Shown: positions 48,605 through 57,476 of the stretch, one piece after another
How the letters are laid out: each line of letters begins with the position of its first letter
Position numbering within the stretch: position 1 is the stretch's first letter
Origin: a virus
DNA length: 64,000 nt
Virus record (IMG/VR): IMGVR_UViG_3300032116_000033
Location: 1 to 64,000 of that record
Strand: one strand, 5' to 3'
Position numbers and translations under genes: made by a program
The notes under the pieces: generated by a model
What the model was told of the DNA's origin: nothing
What the model saw: the letters and a program-made list of their open reading frames with translations, nothing else
The model's database searches: none

Positions 48605-48629
48605 AGATAGTAAGGTAGGGAGATCTATA

Positions 48630-49517
48630 GTGGCCACAAAATTTGATGCAGTTGCTGGATCCCAGCTACGAGATACACAAGGCGAGATCCTTGATGTTGG
48701 AGGCGCTGATATTTCAGAACTTGAAGCTGGTCGTGGCATAATAAATGATAACCATTCTAATAAGTTACCTGATGTAATCGGTCGTATTACTGGTGTAAAG
48801 AAGATCTTTGGTTTAGAAGACTGCGATACCGATCGTCACAGATACTACTGGAACAAGATAAAGGCACCGTATATCTACACAGAAGGTCTACTCTTCGACG
48901 ACGAAGACCATCGCTCTGCCAAAGCCGCTGCCGCTATAATCAAGCACCAGTTCAGAACTGATTCTCCGCTTAAGATGAAATGCTCGGTCGAAGGCGGCAT
49001 CGTCGAACGCGGCAAGAAGGACGAACGTATACTGGCCAGGACAAAGATCAGGGGGCTAGCGCTTACGTTTACGCCGGCAAACAACGCCACCCTAGTCGAA
49101 GGCCTAGACCTCGCTAAGTCTGCCCCAACGCTCGACGAGATCGACCTGATCAAATCCTACGCGCCGTATGCTACAGTCAACGTCCCGGCCCTTATCGACC
49201 TTTCCCAGAGGTCCTCGATCGCCAAGATCCGCGGCAACATCGAGAAGATCCACGACATAGTTGATGGCTTAAAAAAAAACAGTAGATTAGATAAAGCCCT
49301 AACCGCTGGTTACGGCGGAGCAGGATCGCCCACCAGCCTCACCGGGGGCGGAGTGTTTCAGACCGAGAGCGTAGAAGGATCAAGGACTTTCAAGTATATC
49401 GACTGCCCGGCTTGCGGAAAAGAGCAGCCGTACATGAAATACCAAGTGAAATGCCGATCCTGCGGCAAGAGTCTGCCGTTCGACACATTGGCAAAGTTCT
49501 TTATATCGCACAAGTGA
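48630..49517 (+). CDS. prohead protease
   Basis: INDNH, CSVEG and LALTFTPAN (HK97/U9-like protease motifs); upstream of scaffold and capsid. Confidence 0.8.
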   Translation: MATKFDAVAGSQLRDTQGEILDVGGADISELEAGRGIINDNHSNKLPDVIGRITGVKKIFGLEDCDTDRHRYYWNKIKAPYIYTEGLLFDDEDHRSAKAAAAIIKHQFRTDSPLKMKCSVEGGIVERGKKDERILARTKIRGLALTFTPANNATLVEGLDLAKSAPTLDEIDLIKSYAPYATVNVPALIDLSQRSSIAKIRGNIEKIHDIVDGLKKNSRLDKALTAGYGGAGSPTSLTGGGVFQTESVEGSRTFKYIDCPACGKEQPYMKYQVKCRSCGKSLPFDTLAKFFISHK

Positions 49518-49524
49518 TCATAGC

Positions 49525-50169
49525 ATGAAGACGTGCAGTAAGTGTAAAGAGTCTAAGAGTTTAGATAGTTTTGCAGGAGACAACAAAAGATCCGACGGAA
49601 AGCGCCCTTCCTGCAAGCAGTGCAATAGGGCTTTCTATAAGCAAAACTACAGCAAGGGCGACATACCGACGCCGATGACCGAAGAAGAGAAGCGCAAGAT
49701 AAGATCAGACTACTACAAAGACAACAAAGATATGCTGCTGGCCAAACATGCCAAGTGGAGATCAGAGAACAAAGATACAATAAAAGGGCTGAATCGCGCC
49801 TGGTACGAGAAGAACGGCAAGCAGTACTATAAAGACCGCTATGAAAATGATCTAAACTTCAGGATGTTGAAGGTGATAAGGTCTCGCTTAAACTCCGCGA
49901 TAAAAAACTGCGCCAAGACCGGATCGGCGGTGTCCTCGCTTGGCTGCTCGATAGAGGAGCTCAAGTCGCACCTGGCCGAGATGTTCCAGCCTGGTATGTC
50001 GTGGGACAACTGGGGCAAAGGCGATGGAAAATGGAACATAGACCACATCATTCCATTGAGCTCGTTCGACCTGTCGAATCCTGACGAATTCAACAAAGCC
50101 TGCAATTATAAAAACTTACAACCGCTGTGGGAGTTTGACAATCTTTCCAAGAAAGACAGACTAATTTAA
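49525..50169 (+). CDS. HNH homing endonuclease
   Basis: MKTCSKC; GMSWDNWG...WNIDHIIP...NLQPLW. Confidence 0.8.
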   Translation: MKTCSKCKESKSLDSFAGDNKRSDGKRPSCKQCNRAFYKQNYSKGDIPTPMTEEEKRKIRSDYYKDNKDMLLAKHAKWRSENKDTIKGLNRAWYEKNGKQYYKDRYENDLNFRMLKVIRSRLNSAIKNCAKTGSAVSSLGCSIEELKSHLAEMFQPGMSWDNWGKGDGKWNIDHIIPLSSFDLSNPDEFNKACNYKNLQPLWEFDNLSKKDRLI

Positions 50170-50287
50170 AATAAAGCATACTACTAGCGATAGTATAATC
50201 TTGAGGTTATAGGTTTGCTGCTTAACTACAGCAGCGTGATATAGTAAATTACGAATGTTTAAATGCATTCACTTAAAGGAGTGAAAA

Positions 50288-50671
50288 ATGAGCAATCCAG
50301 TTCAAGTACTCGACAAAATTAAGAGAAACCTCGACGCAGTAGGCGTTGCGGCTACTCGAAATGCTACCTCAGTTACAGCAGCTGGTTTGACCATCAGCTA
50401 CACAGACGCGTCGATCCAGTCCCCGATGGGCGGCATCAACGACACAACATCTCCTTTCCTAGGTATCGGCATCGGCAACCCAGGGACGATCAAGATCAAA
50501 GGTGCAGCCGGCGAAAACAGCATCGCAGCCATCTTTGTGAACGCCTCAGACCTTGCAGTACTCGCTTGCTGCACCCGCTTCACTAACGACGTAGTCCTCG
50601 AAGCCGGTGACACGACGACCGAACTCGCTCGTCTTGCTGGTCACCCAGATATGAAGATGATGGGCCAATAA
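50288..50671 (+). CDS. small virion protein (possible head decoration)
   Basis: AAGGAG RBS; first gene of the capsid operon. Confidence 0.6.
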   Translation: MSNPVQVLDKIKRNLDAVGVAATRNATSVTAAGLTISYTDASIQSPMGGINDTTSPFLGIGIGNPGTIKIKGAAGENSIAAIFVNASDLAVLACCTRFTNDVVLEAGDTTTELARLAGHPDMKMMGQ

Positions 50672-50691
50672 GGTTAAAGAGGAACAAACCG

Positions 50692-51390
50692 ATGGAAAAC
50701 AATCTCGCTAAAAGTCTCACCGATCTGATCGACGAGACGCTGGCTGAGATCGAGGCCCTTAAGAAGAGCGATCGCTTCGCAGCAGAAGAGATCGAGATGG
50801 GCCACGACGCAGACGGCGACATGCGCACTGAAGAAGTTGCAGCAAAAGCAGAAGACGAAGACGAAAAAGAAGAAGAGCACGAAGACGAAGAAGAGCACGA
50901 AGACGAAGCCAAGAAAGCTGAAAAAGCTTATTCTAAAGCAGAAGAAGAGTGCGAAAAAGCCGAGCACGCTTACAAAGAAGCTATGAAGAAGCGCGAGATG
51001 TGCAAGGCTGAGTGCGACAAATACATGGGCAAGAAAGAAGACAAGGACGACAAGGACGACAAAGAAGACAAGAAAGAAGACAAGGACGAGCTTTCCAAGT
51101 CGATCGACGCCAAGATCGCTCCTATCCAAAGTCAGATCTCTGAGCTTCTTAGCGCGGTAAAGCAGCTGGCGGAAGCGCCTGTTCCTGCTCGCGGCGCAAC
51201 CTACAAGCACGTTCAAGCCTTGGCTAAAGGTGCAGTAGAAGAAGAGCCGCTCAACAAGGCCCAGGTCCTGAACGAACTGATCACACTCAAGAAATCTGGA
51301 AAAGAAGTTTCTATCGAGGACGTCCTGAAGGCTGAGATCGGCGGAGCCGGCGAGCTTCAAGACATCGCTAACAAGTACGGCATCAAGTAA
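50692..51390 (+). CDS. capsid scaffold protein
   Basis: Highly charged coiled coil directly before the capsid gene; many LxK(S/A) sites. Confidence 0.7.
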   Translation: MENNLAKSLTDLIDETLAEIEALKKSDRFAAEEIEMGHDADGDMRTEEVAAKAEDEDEKEEEHEDEEEHEDEAKKAEKAYSKAEEECEKAEHAYKEAMKKREMCKAECDKYMGKKEDKDDKDDKEDKKEDKDELSKSIDAKIAPIQSQISELLSAVKQLAEAPVPARGATYKHVQALAKGAVEEEPLNKAQVLNELITLKKSGKEVSIEDVLKAEIGGAGELQDIANKYGIK

Positions 51391-51408
51391 CTAAGGGAGA
51401 TATGAGAG

Positions 51409-52863
51409 ATGTATCAAGACGCAATGAATCAGATTATGCAAGGCTTGGAGCAGGGTCTCGTCTCCCAGGCTGAGATCGAGAACCTCAACAAGGCCCTCAG
51501 CGCTGGCTACGGCTACGCTGGTCGTCCGACCGACCTCACCTACGGTGGCGTTATCCAAACTGAATCGCTGGAATCTACTCTCAAAGTAGTGACCTTCGAC
51601 ATGAAGAACCTGAAGCTGTGGCCTGCCCTCAGCATCGACAAAGCCTACAACCTGTTCGAGCAGTACAACCGCTTGGTAGGCTACGGCTCCGACGCTTCTC
51701 CGTACATCGGCGAAGGCGGCAGCGGACAAGAAGAAGATTCAACATACGTACGCGACGGCCAACGGATCGCTTTCTTCAGCAAGCGTCGTAAGGTCTCGCA
51801 CCAGATGACACTCGTTCGCACCTCCGTAGGCGACGTAGTTGCTCAGCAGGCAAAAGAAGGAACGATGGACCTTCTGAAGAACGTCGAGCGCGAACTCTAC
51901 TGGGGCCACGCACACTTCACCGACGCCAACGGCGACCAGACCGGTGCAACCGCCGATCTTCCAGTAAACAGCATCGCGATGTCCGGCCTTCTCCAGCAGA
52001 TCCTGAAAGGTGACCGCGACAGCCAGTTCATCTCTAAAGACTTTGAAGGCTGGGGCGCTGAGTCGACCTCGATCGTCAAAGACCTCGCCGGCGCAAGCTT
52101 CGCGCAGGACGACGTAGAAGACCTCGCAGTAAAAGCACTCGAGAACTTCGGTGCACCGACCCAGTTCCACGCCGAGCCGCTCGCGATCTCGACCTTCGTA
52201 CGCCAGTTCTATCCTCAGTTCCGTAGCGAGCCAGGTCTCTCCGGTCAGACCGTAGGTTACGACGTTTCTAAGGTTACGACCACGGCGGGCGCGATCGACC
52301 TCAAGCCGAACCTCTTCCTCCGTCCTCGTCAGCAGGTTCGCTCGAGCGCAGTAAACGCAAGCGCACCAAGCATCGCAGGCCTCAGCATCGCTGGTACTGC
52401 TGCTGGTTCAGGATCTGATCTCGCCGCTGGTGCTTACAGCTACGCGTTGACCTTGGTTAACGACTTCGGTGAGTCTGCTCCAGTGTTGACTGCATCGGCT
52501 GTCAGCCCAACGGCTGGCCAACGCGTGACCATCGCCATCACCGGCTCGGTTCCGTCTACCGCCAAGTACTACAAGCTGTACCGCTCGGCTAACGGCGCCG
52601 CTGCTAGCACGGCTCAGTTCATCGGTAACTACCGCGTAGGCATCTCGGCTATCGTTGATGCTGGTCGTAAGCGTCCAGGCCTCGGCGAAGCATTCTTGCT
52701 GGATCTCGGCGCTGAGTCGATGAAGTTTAAGCAACTTGCCCCATTGGCTAAGATGAACCTAGCGGTAGTCACTACTGCTTTGGAATTCTTGCTCTTGATG
52801 TACGGAGCGCTTTTCGTGTATGCTCCTCGCTTCCAAGGCGTCATGAGAAACGTTGGCAAATAA
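51409..52863 (+). CDS. major capsid protein
   Basis: KALSAGYG...ESLE N-terminus of the SPO1/Twort-like type; Ig/FN3-like insertion YSYALTLVNDFGESAP; biased codon usage; terminator follows. Confidence 0.88.
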   Translation: MYQDAMNQIMQGLEQGLVSQAEIENLNKALSAGYGYAGRPTDLTYGGVIQTESLESTLKVVTFDMKNLKLWPALSIDKAYNLFEQYNRLVGYGSDASPYIGEGGSGQEEDSTYVRDGQRIAFFSKRRKVSHQMTLVRTSVGDVVAQQAKEGTMDLLKNVERELYWGHAHFTDANGDQTGATADLPVNSIAMSGLLQQILKGDRDSQFISKDFEGWGAESTSIVKDLAGASFAQDDVEDLAVKALENFGAPTQFHAEPLAISTFVRQFYPQFRSEPGLSGQTVGYDVSKVTTTAGAIDLKPNLFLRPRQQVRSSAVNASAPSIAGLSIAGTAAGSGSDLAAGAYSYALTLVNDFGESAPVLTASAVSPTAGQRVTIAITGSVPSTAKYYKLYRSANGAAASTAQFIGNYRVGISAIVDAGRKRPGLGEAFLLDLGAESMKFKQLAPLAKMNLAVVTTALEFLLLMYGALFVYAPRFQGVMRNVGK

Positions 52864-52893
52864 GTTCTTAAGATTGTTGACTAAATGATCTTT

Positions 52894-52926
52894 AGGGTAC
52901 CGTTTATACGGTACCCTTTTTCTTTA
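52894..52926 (+). terminator. rho-independent terminator
   Basis: AGGGTACCGT-TTAT-ACGGTACCCT followed by a T tract. Confidence 0.85.
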
Positions 52927-52979
52927 TCAGTATACGAACAGCGTGCCATATAAGATCTCCATTTCTCCCACTGCTTAAT

Positions 52980-53017
52980 TCATCTTCTGTGTATAATAAT
53001 ACCAGAGGTGAGATATG
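52980..53017 (+). promoter_or_regulatory. hairpin containing TATAAT and masking the GAGGTG RBS
   Basis: TCATCTTCTG-T-GTAT / ATAC-CAGAGGTGA; TATAAT 52992-97. Confidence 0.55.
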
Positions 53018-54556
53018 TCTAGACTTACAGCAAAAGCAAACGATAAATACAATAGATGGACTTTCGTAGAAAAGAAACTTGGAGACGACGGTCGCCAGGT
53101 TGGATGGATCTGTAGGTGTGACTGTGGAACAGAGCGATTGATAAAGACGCCCAACACTATTCTTCACGGTAAGTCTCAGTCTTGTGGCTGCTACAAATCA
53201 GAGTTCTTTTCTGAAAACAATCCAATGTACAGAGAAGATATTGTTGAAAAAGTAAGACAATCTATGAAGTCTGATCCTAACAGACCAGAGATCTTAAAAA
53301 GGGCAGTCGAAGCCTCCAAGTCTCAACAGACCAAAAACAAAAGAAAGTCCACTAATCAGCTCAAATACGGCGGAGCAGCTCCTGCATGCAGCCCTGATAT
53401 CAAGGATAAGATCAAGTCTACCAATATTGACCGCTACGGAACTTCTGCTCCAAGTCAAAATAAAGAAGTGTTCGCAAAGATGTCTATGACAAACTTAGAA
53501 CGCTACGGTGTAGAAAATGCTATGCTCAACAAAGACGTAGCAATGAAGGTTGCAAGTTCTATATCTCAAACTCTAAGAGAAAAGGGAATTCAATCTTTTC
53601 CAGATGGCAGGATAGTCGTCGATTCCTGTAAAGAAAAAGGAGTAAGGCCTACTTCGCTTCGCAATGTCGCTAGAGAGCTTGGATGGGACGCTGCGCAAGA
53701 CTGGTTGGATAATTATCATAAACATCGTTCTTCTTTGGAGCTTCTGTCAATAAACATGTTTAAGAACAGCGGGTTAGATGCAGAGGCTTACAATCTTGGC
53801 GTCCCAGAGATGCTGGAAAAAGGTATTAGATATAGGCCAGATATCATATTGAAGCACGACAATAAAACTATATATGTAGATGTAGACGGACTATATTCAC
53901 ACTCGATGCGCGACAAACAATACCACATTAAAAAGGCATATACATATAAAGAAAACAACGTGCGTCTACTTCAGTTTCGCCAGGACGAAATAAAGAATAC
54001 TCCTGACATAGTCTGTTCTATGGTCGCCAATGTATTGGGTTTAAGCAAAAAGATAGGAGCTAGAAAACTTGAAGTTAAAAGCATCTCGGTCGACGATGCC
54101 GCTGCCTTTATGCAAAGCAACCATCTTATGGGCTCAGCAAGATGCTCGACTGCTATTGCTTTGGTCCTTAACTCAGAACCAATGATGGTTATAACGTATC
54201 GTCGTCACAAGGATGGCATAGACTTGGTCAGAGTCGCAACAAAGATTGGTTTTCAGATTCAGGGCGGATTGTCTCGTCTTCTGAAGCGTATAGAAACGTT
54301 ATCTAAACCACGATTCATTCAGTCGTTTGTAGATCTGCGCTACGCTGACGGTTCCAGCTTAAAGGCTGTAGGTTTTAATTTGATGTCTGTGACCTTAGGA
54401 TGGCAGTGGACAGACAATCATAATACGTTTAATAGACTGCGTTGTCGCGCAAATATGGACGACAGGCTGCTGTCAGAGAAACAACACGCAGAAGAACTTG
54501 GATGGACAAGGCTATATGACGCAGGTCAGGCAAAGTATGTTATGTATTGTGTTTAA
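53015..54556 (+). CDS. putative homing endonuclease (Vsr/PD-(D/E)XK-like)
   Basis: CRCDCG..SCGC; three TNxxxYG repeats; RPDI...VDVDGLYSH; FVDLRY; LYDAGQ. Confidence 0.75.
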   Translation: MSRLTAKANDKYNRWTFVEKKLGDDGRQVGWICRCDCGTERLIKTPNTILHGKSQSCGCYKSEFFSENNPMYREDIVEKVRQSMKSDPNRPEILKRAVEASKSQQTKNKRKSTNQLKYGGAAPACSPDIKDKIKSTNIDRYGTSAPSQNKEVFAKMSMTNLERYGVENAMLNKDVAMKVASSISQTLREKGIQSFPDGRIVVDSCKEKGVRPTSLRNVARELGWDAAQDWLDNYHKHRSSLELLSINMFKNSGLDAEAYNLGVPEMLEKGIRYRPDIILKHDNKTIYVDVDGLYSHSMRDKQYHIKKAYTYKENNVRLLQFRQDEIKNTPDIVCSMVANVLGLSKKIGARKLEVKSISVDDAAAFMQSNHLMGSARCSTAIALVLNSEPMMVITYRRHKDGIDLVRVATKIGFQIQGGLSRLLKRIETLSKPRFIQSFVDLRYADGSSLKAVGFNLMSVTLGWQWTDNHNTFNRLRCRANMDDRLLSEKQHAEELGWTRLYDAGQAKYVMYCV

Positions 54557-54596
54557 TTTAAAAAGCACCTCCGACGAAGTACTCGCATACCTTCGC

Positions 54597-55517
54597 TCAG
54601 TATATCCCAAGCGAGTCTAGTCCGTCTATGAACCTCGCAGCGGTCATCTTGGTCACACACTCCGCAAGATCCATCTTCCTCGGGCAGTTGTTGAAGTTCC
54701 AGAAGTTAAGGTTCCAGTCTGACTCGCAGAAGTTACAGTGAATGTTCGGCACCACCGCTATTGTCTTTGCGTTGCCCCTGAACGGTACGCGATACTCAGG
54801 CCGAACCGTCGTAAATCCGCACACCACCGGGGTCTGGGTCGTGAAGGCGATGTGTATGGGCCCGCTGTCCATGCCGACGACGGCTTTCGACCTTGCCATC
54901 ACCGAGGCCAGCTCGCGGAACGTGGTCTGATTCCGTAGGTCAACGCCGAATCCTGGATACTCGAAGTCCGATATGGCCAGGTTCTTCTTCCATATGCTTA
55001 TCGCACCGGTTTTTCCGACGTACACCGGCGTCAGTCCCTTCGAGGCGACGTACTGCGAGATCTTGAGGATCTCGTCCGGCAAGATGCTCCGCTGTCTGTC
55101 GCGGTAAGTCGTTATTATGACTACTGCTTTATCGAAGTCTACGCCGTAGCGCGAGACGTCCACCGGCTCCAGCGGCACGTACTGCAGCTCGACGTCGTTC
55201 AGGACCTTGGCCATTAAGTTTATCGACCCGTAGTGCGCGAGCTTCATCCTGGACGGCGTAATCTTGCAGACGTTGCTTTTGTCTCTGGGCGGGTTCAGGA
55301 AGCGGACCGAGTAATCGCTGGGATAGTCTGGCGTTATGGCCACGAACCTGTCCGCCGGCACGAACGGAAACAGGTCCTTGAAGTCGTCGTATATCCCCAC
55401 CAGGTACGGTGTCTTGGCGTGGTAGTTGTCTATGGTGTACTTCAGCGTCGGTGCGGCCGCCACGAGATCGCCCACCGCGGCGCTGTTTAGTGCGTATACG
55501 GTCTTGTTGGCGAACAT
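54597..55517 (-). CDS. GT9-family glycosyltransferase (heptosyltransferase-like)
   Basis: AVGDLV; DLRNQTTFRELA; VGMDSGPIHIA; CxxC...C...C. Confidence 0.85.
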   Translation of the reverse strand: MFANKTVYALNSAAVGDLVAAAPTLKYTIDNYHAKTPYLVGIYDDFKDLFPFVPADRFVAITPDYPSDYSVRFLNPPRDKSNVCKITPSRMKLAHYGSINLMAKVLNDVELQYVPLEPVDVSRYGVDFDKAVVIITTYRDRQRSILPDEILKISQYVASKGLTPVYVGKTGAISIWKKNLAISDFEYPGFGVDLRNQTTFRELASVMARSKAVVGMDSGPIHIAFTTQTPVVCGFTTVRPEYRVPFRGNAKTIAVVPNIHCNFCESDWNLNFWNFNNCPRKMDLAECVTKMTAARFIDGLDSLGIY

Positions 55518-55602
55518 TCATCGTCTCCTGGTGATGTGCGTCGTTTGTGCACATCGTGTTTGTACAAAGTATAAGATCGTAGTAACGCAACGTGAGGATC
55601 GT

Positions 55603-55971
55603 ATGGCGCTCGTTACCTTATCAGCATCGGCATCAAAAGGCGGTTCCGTGGTCGTGACCCTGGACAAGACTACACTTTTTGGACTATCGCCCGTTTCCGG
55701 CGACCCGTACTGGTCGGACGACTTCAACGTCGACCGCGTGCTCGTCCACTACGCGTCTGCTGCAAACAAGCAGCGCAAGATCTTGACTTTTCACGTAGAA
55801 GACGCCCAGCCAGAGGCCGATGTATTCTTCTCGCTGTCGGCGGACGACGAGTTTCAGCTGGACCTGATAACCCTTATCGACTACGACGGCGCGACCTTCA
55901 CCTTAGGCAGACCCGCGCTCGCCACCGCCATACCTACCATCTCATCGCTGGACATAAGCGTAGGCGAGTGA
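55603..55971 (+). CDS. hypothetical protein
   Basis: GAGG RBS before MALVTL. Confidence 0.6.
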   Translation: MALVTLSASASKGGSVVVTLDKTTLFGLSPVSGDPYWSDDFNVDRVLVHYASAANKQRKILTFHVEDAQPEADVFFSLSADDEFQLDLITLIDYDGATFTLGRPALATAIPTISSLDISVGE

Positions 55972-55992
55972 ACGCAGTGAGATCCTCCTTTT

Positions 55993-56027
55993 GGGTTCGG
56001 CCTTTAGGTCGGACCTTTTTGCTTTTT
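55993..56027 (+). terminator. rho-independent terminator
   Basis: GGGTTCGGCC-TTTA-GGTCGGACCT followed by T runs. Confidence 0.7.
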
Positions 56028-56088
56028 ACCGATGTCATTAACTTCGGTTGATAGTATAATTGATATAGCTTTGATAAGGAGAGCCTAG

Positions 56089-56400
56089 ATGGCACGCGCT
56101 ATAAATTTACCAACCGGAGCGAGCAGGATCGCAGACGTTGGGCTGGTTTGGCAAGAGATCAAGTCCGGCGGTGGATCGACCACCTTCGAGGTTCCAAAGT
56201 ACTGCGCCGTTCGCGTGCGGTCTGCCATCGCGAGCCTTACGGTCTCGTTCGACTCTGTTCTTTCGGCGACGATGGCGGACACAGAGGTCCTGATCTTCAA
56301 CAGCGGTCGCGGATTGAACTCCGACACGAAAGACACCGTCACCCTTACGGTCAGCGGCAACTGCTTTATCCAACTAGGCATAGAAGTAGACAGGGCATAA
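56089..56400 (+). CDS. small beta-rich virion protein (putative)
   Basis: TATAAT 56055 and AAGGAG upstream. Confidence 0.6.
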   Translation: MARAINLPTGASRIADVGLVWQEIKSGGGSTTFEVPKYCAVRVRSAIASLTVSFDSVLSATMADTEVLIFNSGRGLNSDTKDTVTLTVSGNCFIQLGIEVDRA

Positions 56401-56401
56401 C

Positions 56402-57475
56402 ATGCGCACTCTTGCTTCGTTTCGCGAGCTTCTGCTCAGGAAAACAGACGACAACGATTTACGGTATCTGATAAAGACGGCCGCAGACGAAGTCATAGCG
56501 GATCATGTTCTCGAGTCGCTCGAGAAGATGGCGACGAACAAGAGCGCCGGATCTCACGCGAACGCCGCGATCCGGGATCTGGGTTCGCAGATGGACCCAG
56601 AGCTCGAGCCAGCGATGATACGCGAAGCGCTCGGGCACCACGCGTCTCGCTACAAAGCTGCGCTGCAGGGCGAAAATCAGGGCATGGCAAACAAGCACGC
56701 CGAGCAGTTCTTTAAACTACTGGACATGGTGCACAAGCTTCAGCCTCACTCTGGCGGAAAACTTCACGCCGACGCTGTAGACATAAAGCCGTGGGAGCGA
56801 ACGCATTCCTCTAAGTCCGAGACTTTCGCGCAGCGCATAGCACGCGATCCTGAGTACGCCAAAGACAACCCGGTCACTCGCGGCAAGAAAAAACCGCACC
56901 AGTTCGTCAACGACACAGAAGGCTTCTCCTTCAAGCCTAAAGGAAACGACTGGTCCTTCCTTCAGGGCAACCCTCACGAGGCGTACGCAGGCGAGACGCT
57001 CAAGACAGGCCACACCGGCGCATACCCGATGGAGCGGACCAAGATCAACGGAAAACACATTCCCATAGAAGACGTGTCAGAGATTCACGACGGAAATTTC
57101 AACCATCCGTTCGACCATCACCCTATAATGTCTCACTACAACGAGTCTAGCAAGAGCCGCTCTCCTGAGCGAGACTCTCAGTATGTCTCTCAAAGAGACG
57201 CGTATATGGACTCTGAGCATGTCGGACGCCATCTTCAGCACCAAGAAGATCTTCACGGCTCTGGTCAGCTCGAGGGAAGAGGCCGTACGTTCGGCGCACC
57301 GGTCCACGGTGAAAAAACACCGGCGCCAGCACAACCGGTTCCAGCACCAGCGCAACCGGCTCCAGCCCAGGCGCCTGTCGTTCGCAGATCCGCCGGTTCA
57401 GCCGTGACTCCGTCCGGCGACGTCGATATGTCCAAGCTTTCACCCGCCGCACGCGCGTTGCTCGGAGGTAAATGA
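56402..57475 (+). CDS. hypothetical protein (putative internal head protein)
   Basis: His-rich; PAQP repeats in the tail. Confidence 0.6.
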   Translation: MRTLASFRELLLRKTDDNDLRYLIKTAADEVIADHVLESLEKMATNKSAGSHANAAIRDLGSQMDPELEPAMIREALGHHASRYKAALQGENQGMANKHAEQFFKLLDMVHKLQPHSGGKLHADAVDIKPWERTHSSKSETFAQRIARDPEYAKDNPVTRGKKKPHQFVNDTEGFSFKPKGNDWSFLQGNPHEAYAGETLKTGHTGAYPMERTKINGKHIPIEDVSEIHDGNFNHPFDHHPIMSHYNESSKSRSPERDSQYVSQRDAYMDSEHVGRHLQHQEDLHGSGQLEGRGRTFGAPVHGEKTPAPAQPVPAPAQPAPAQAPVVRRSAGSAVTPSGDVDMSKLSPAARALLGGK

Positions 57476-57476
57476 T

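Noticed and set aside
50840-51090. GAAGAC/GACAAG-type short tandem repeats
   Set aside because: They encode the low-complexity E/D/K tracts of the scaffold protein, not a DNA-level element
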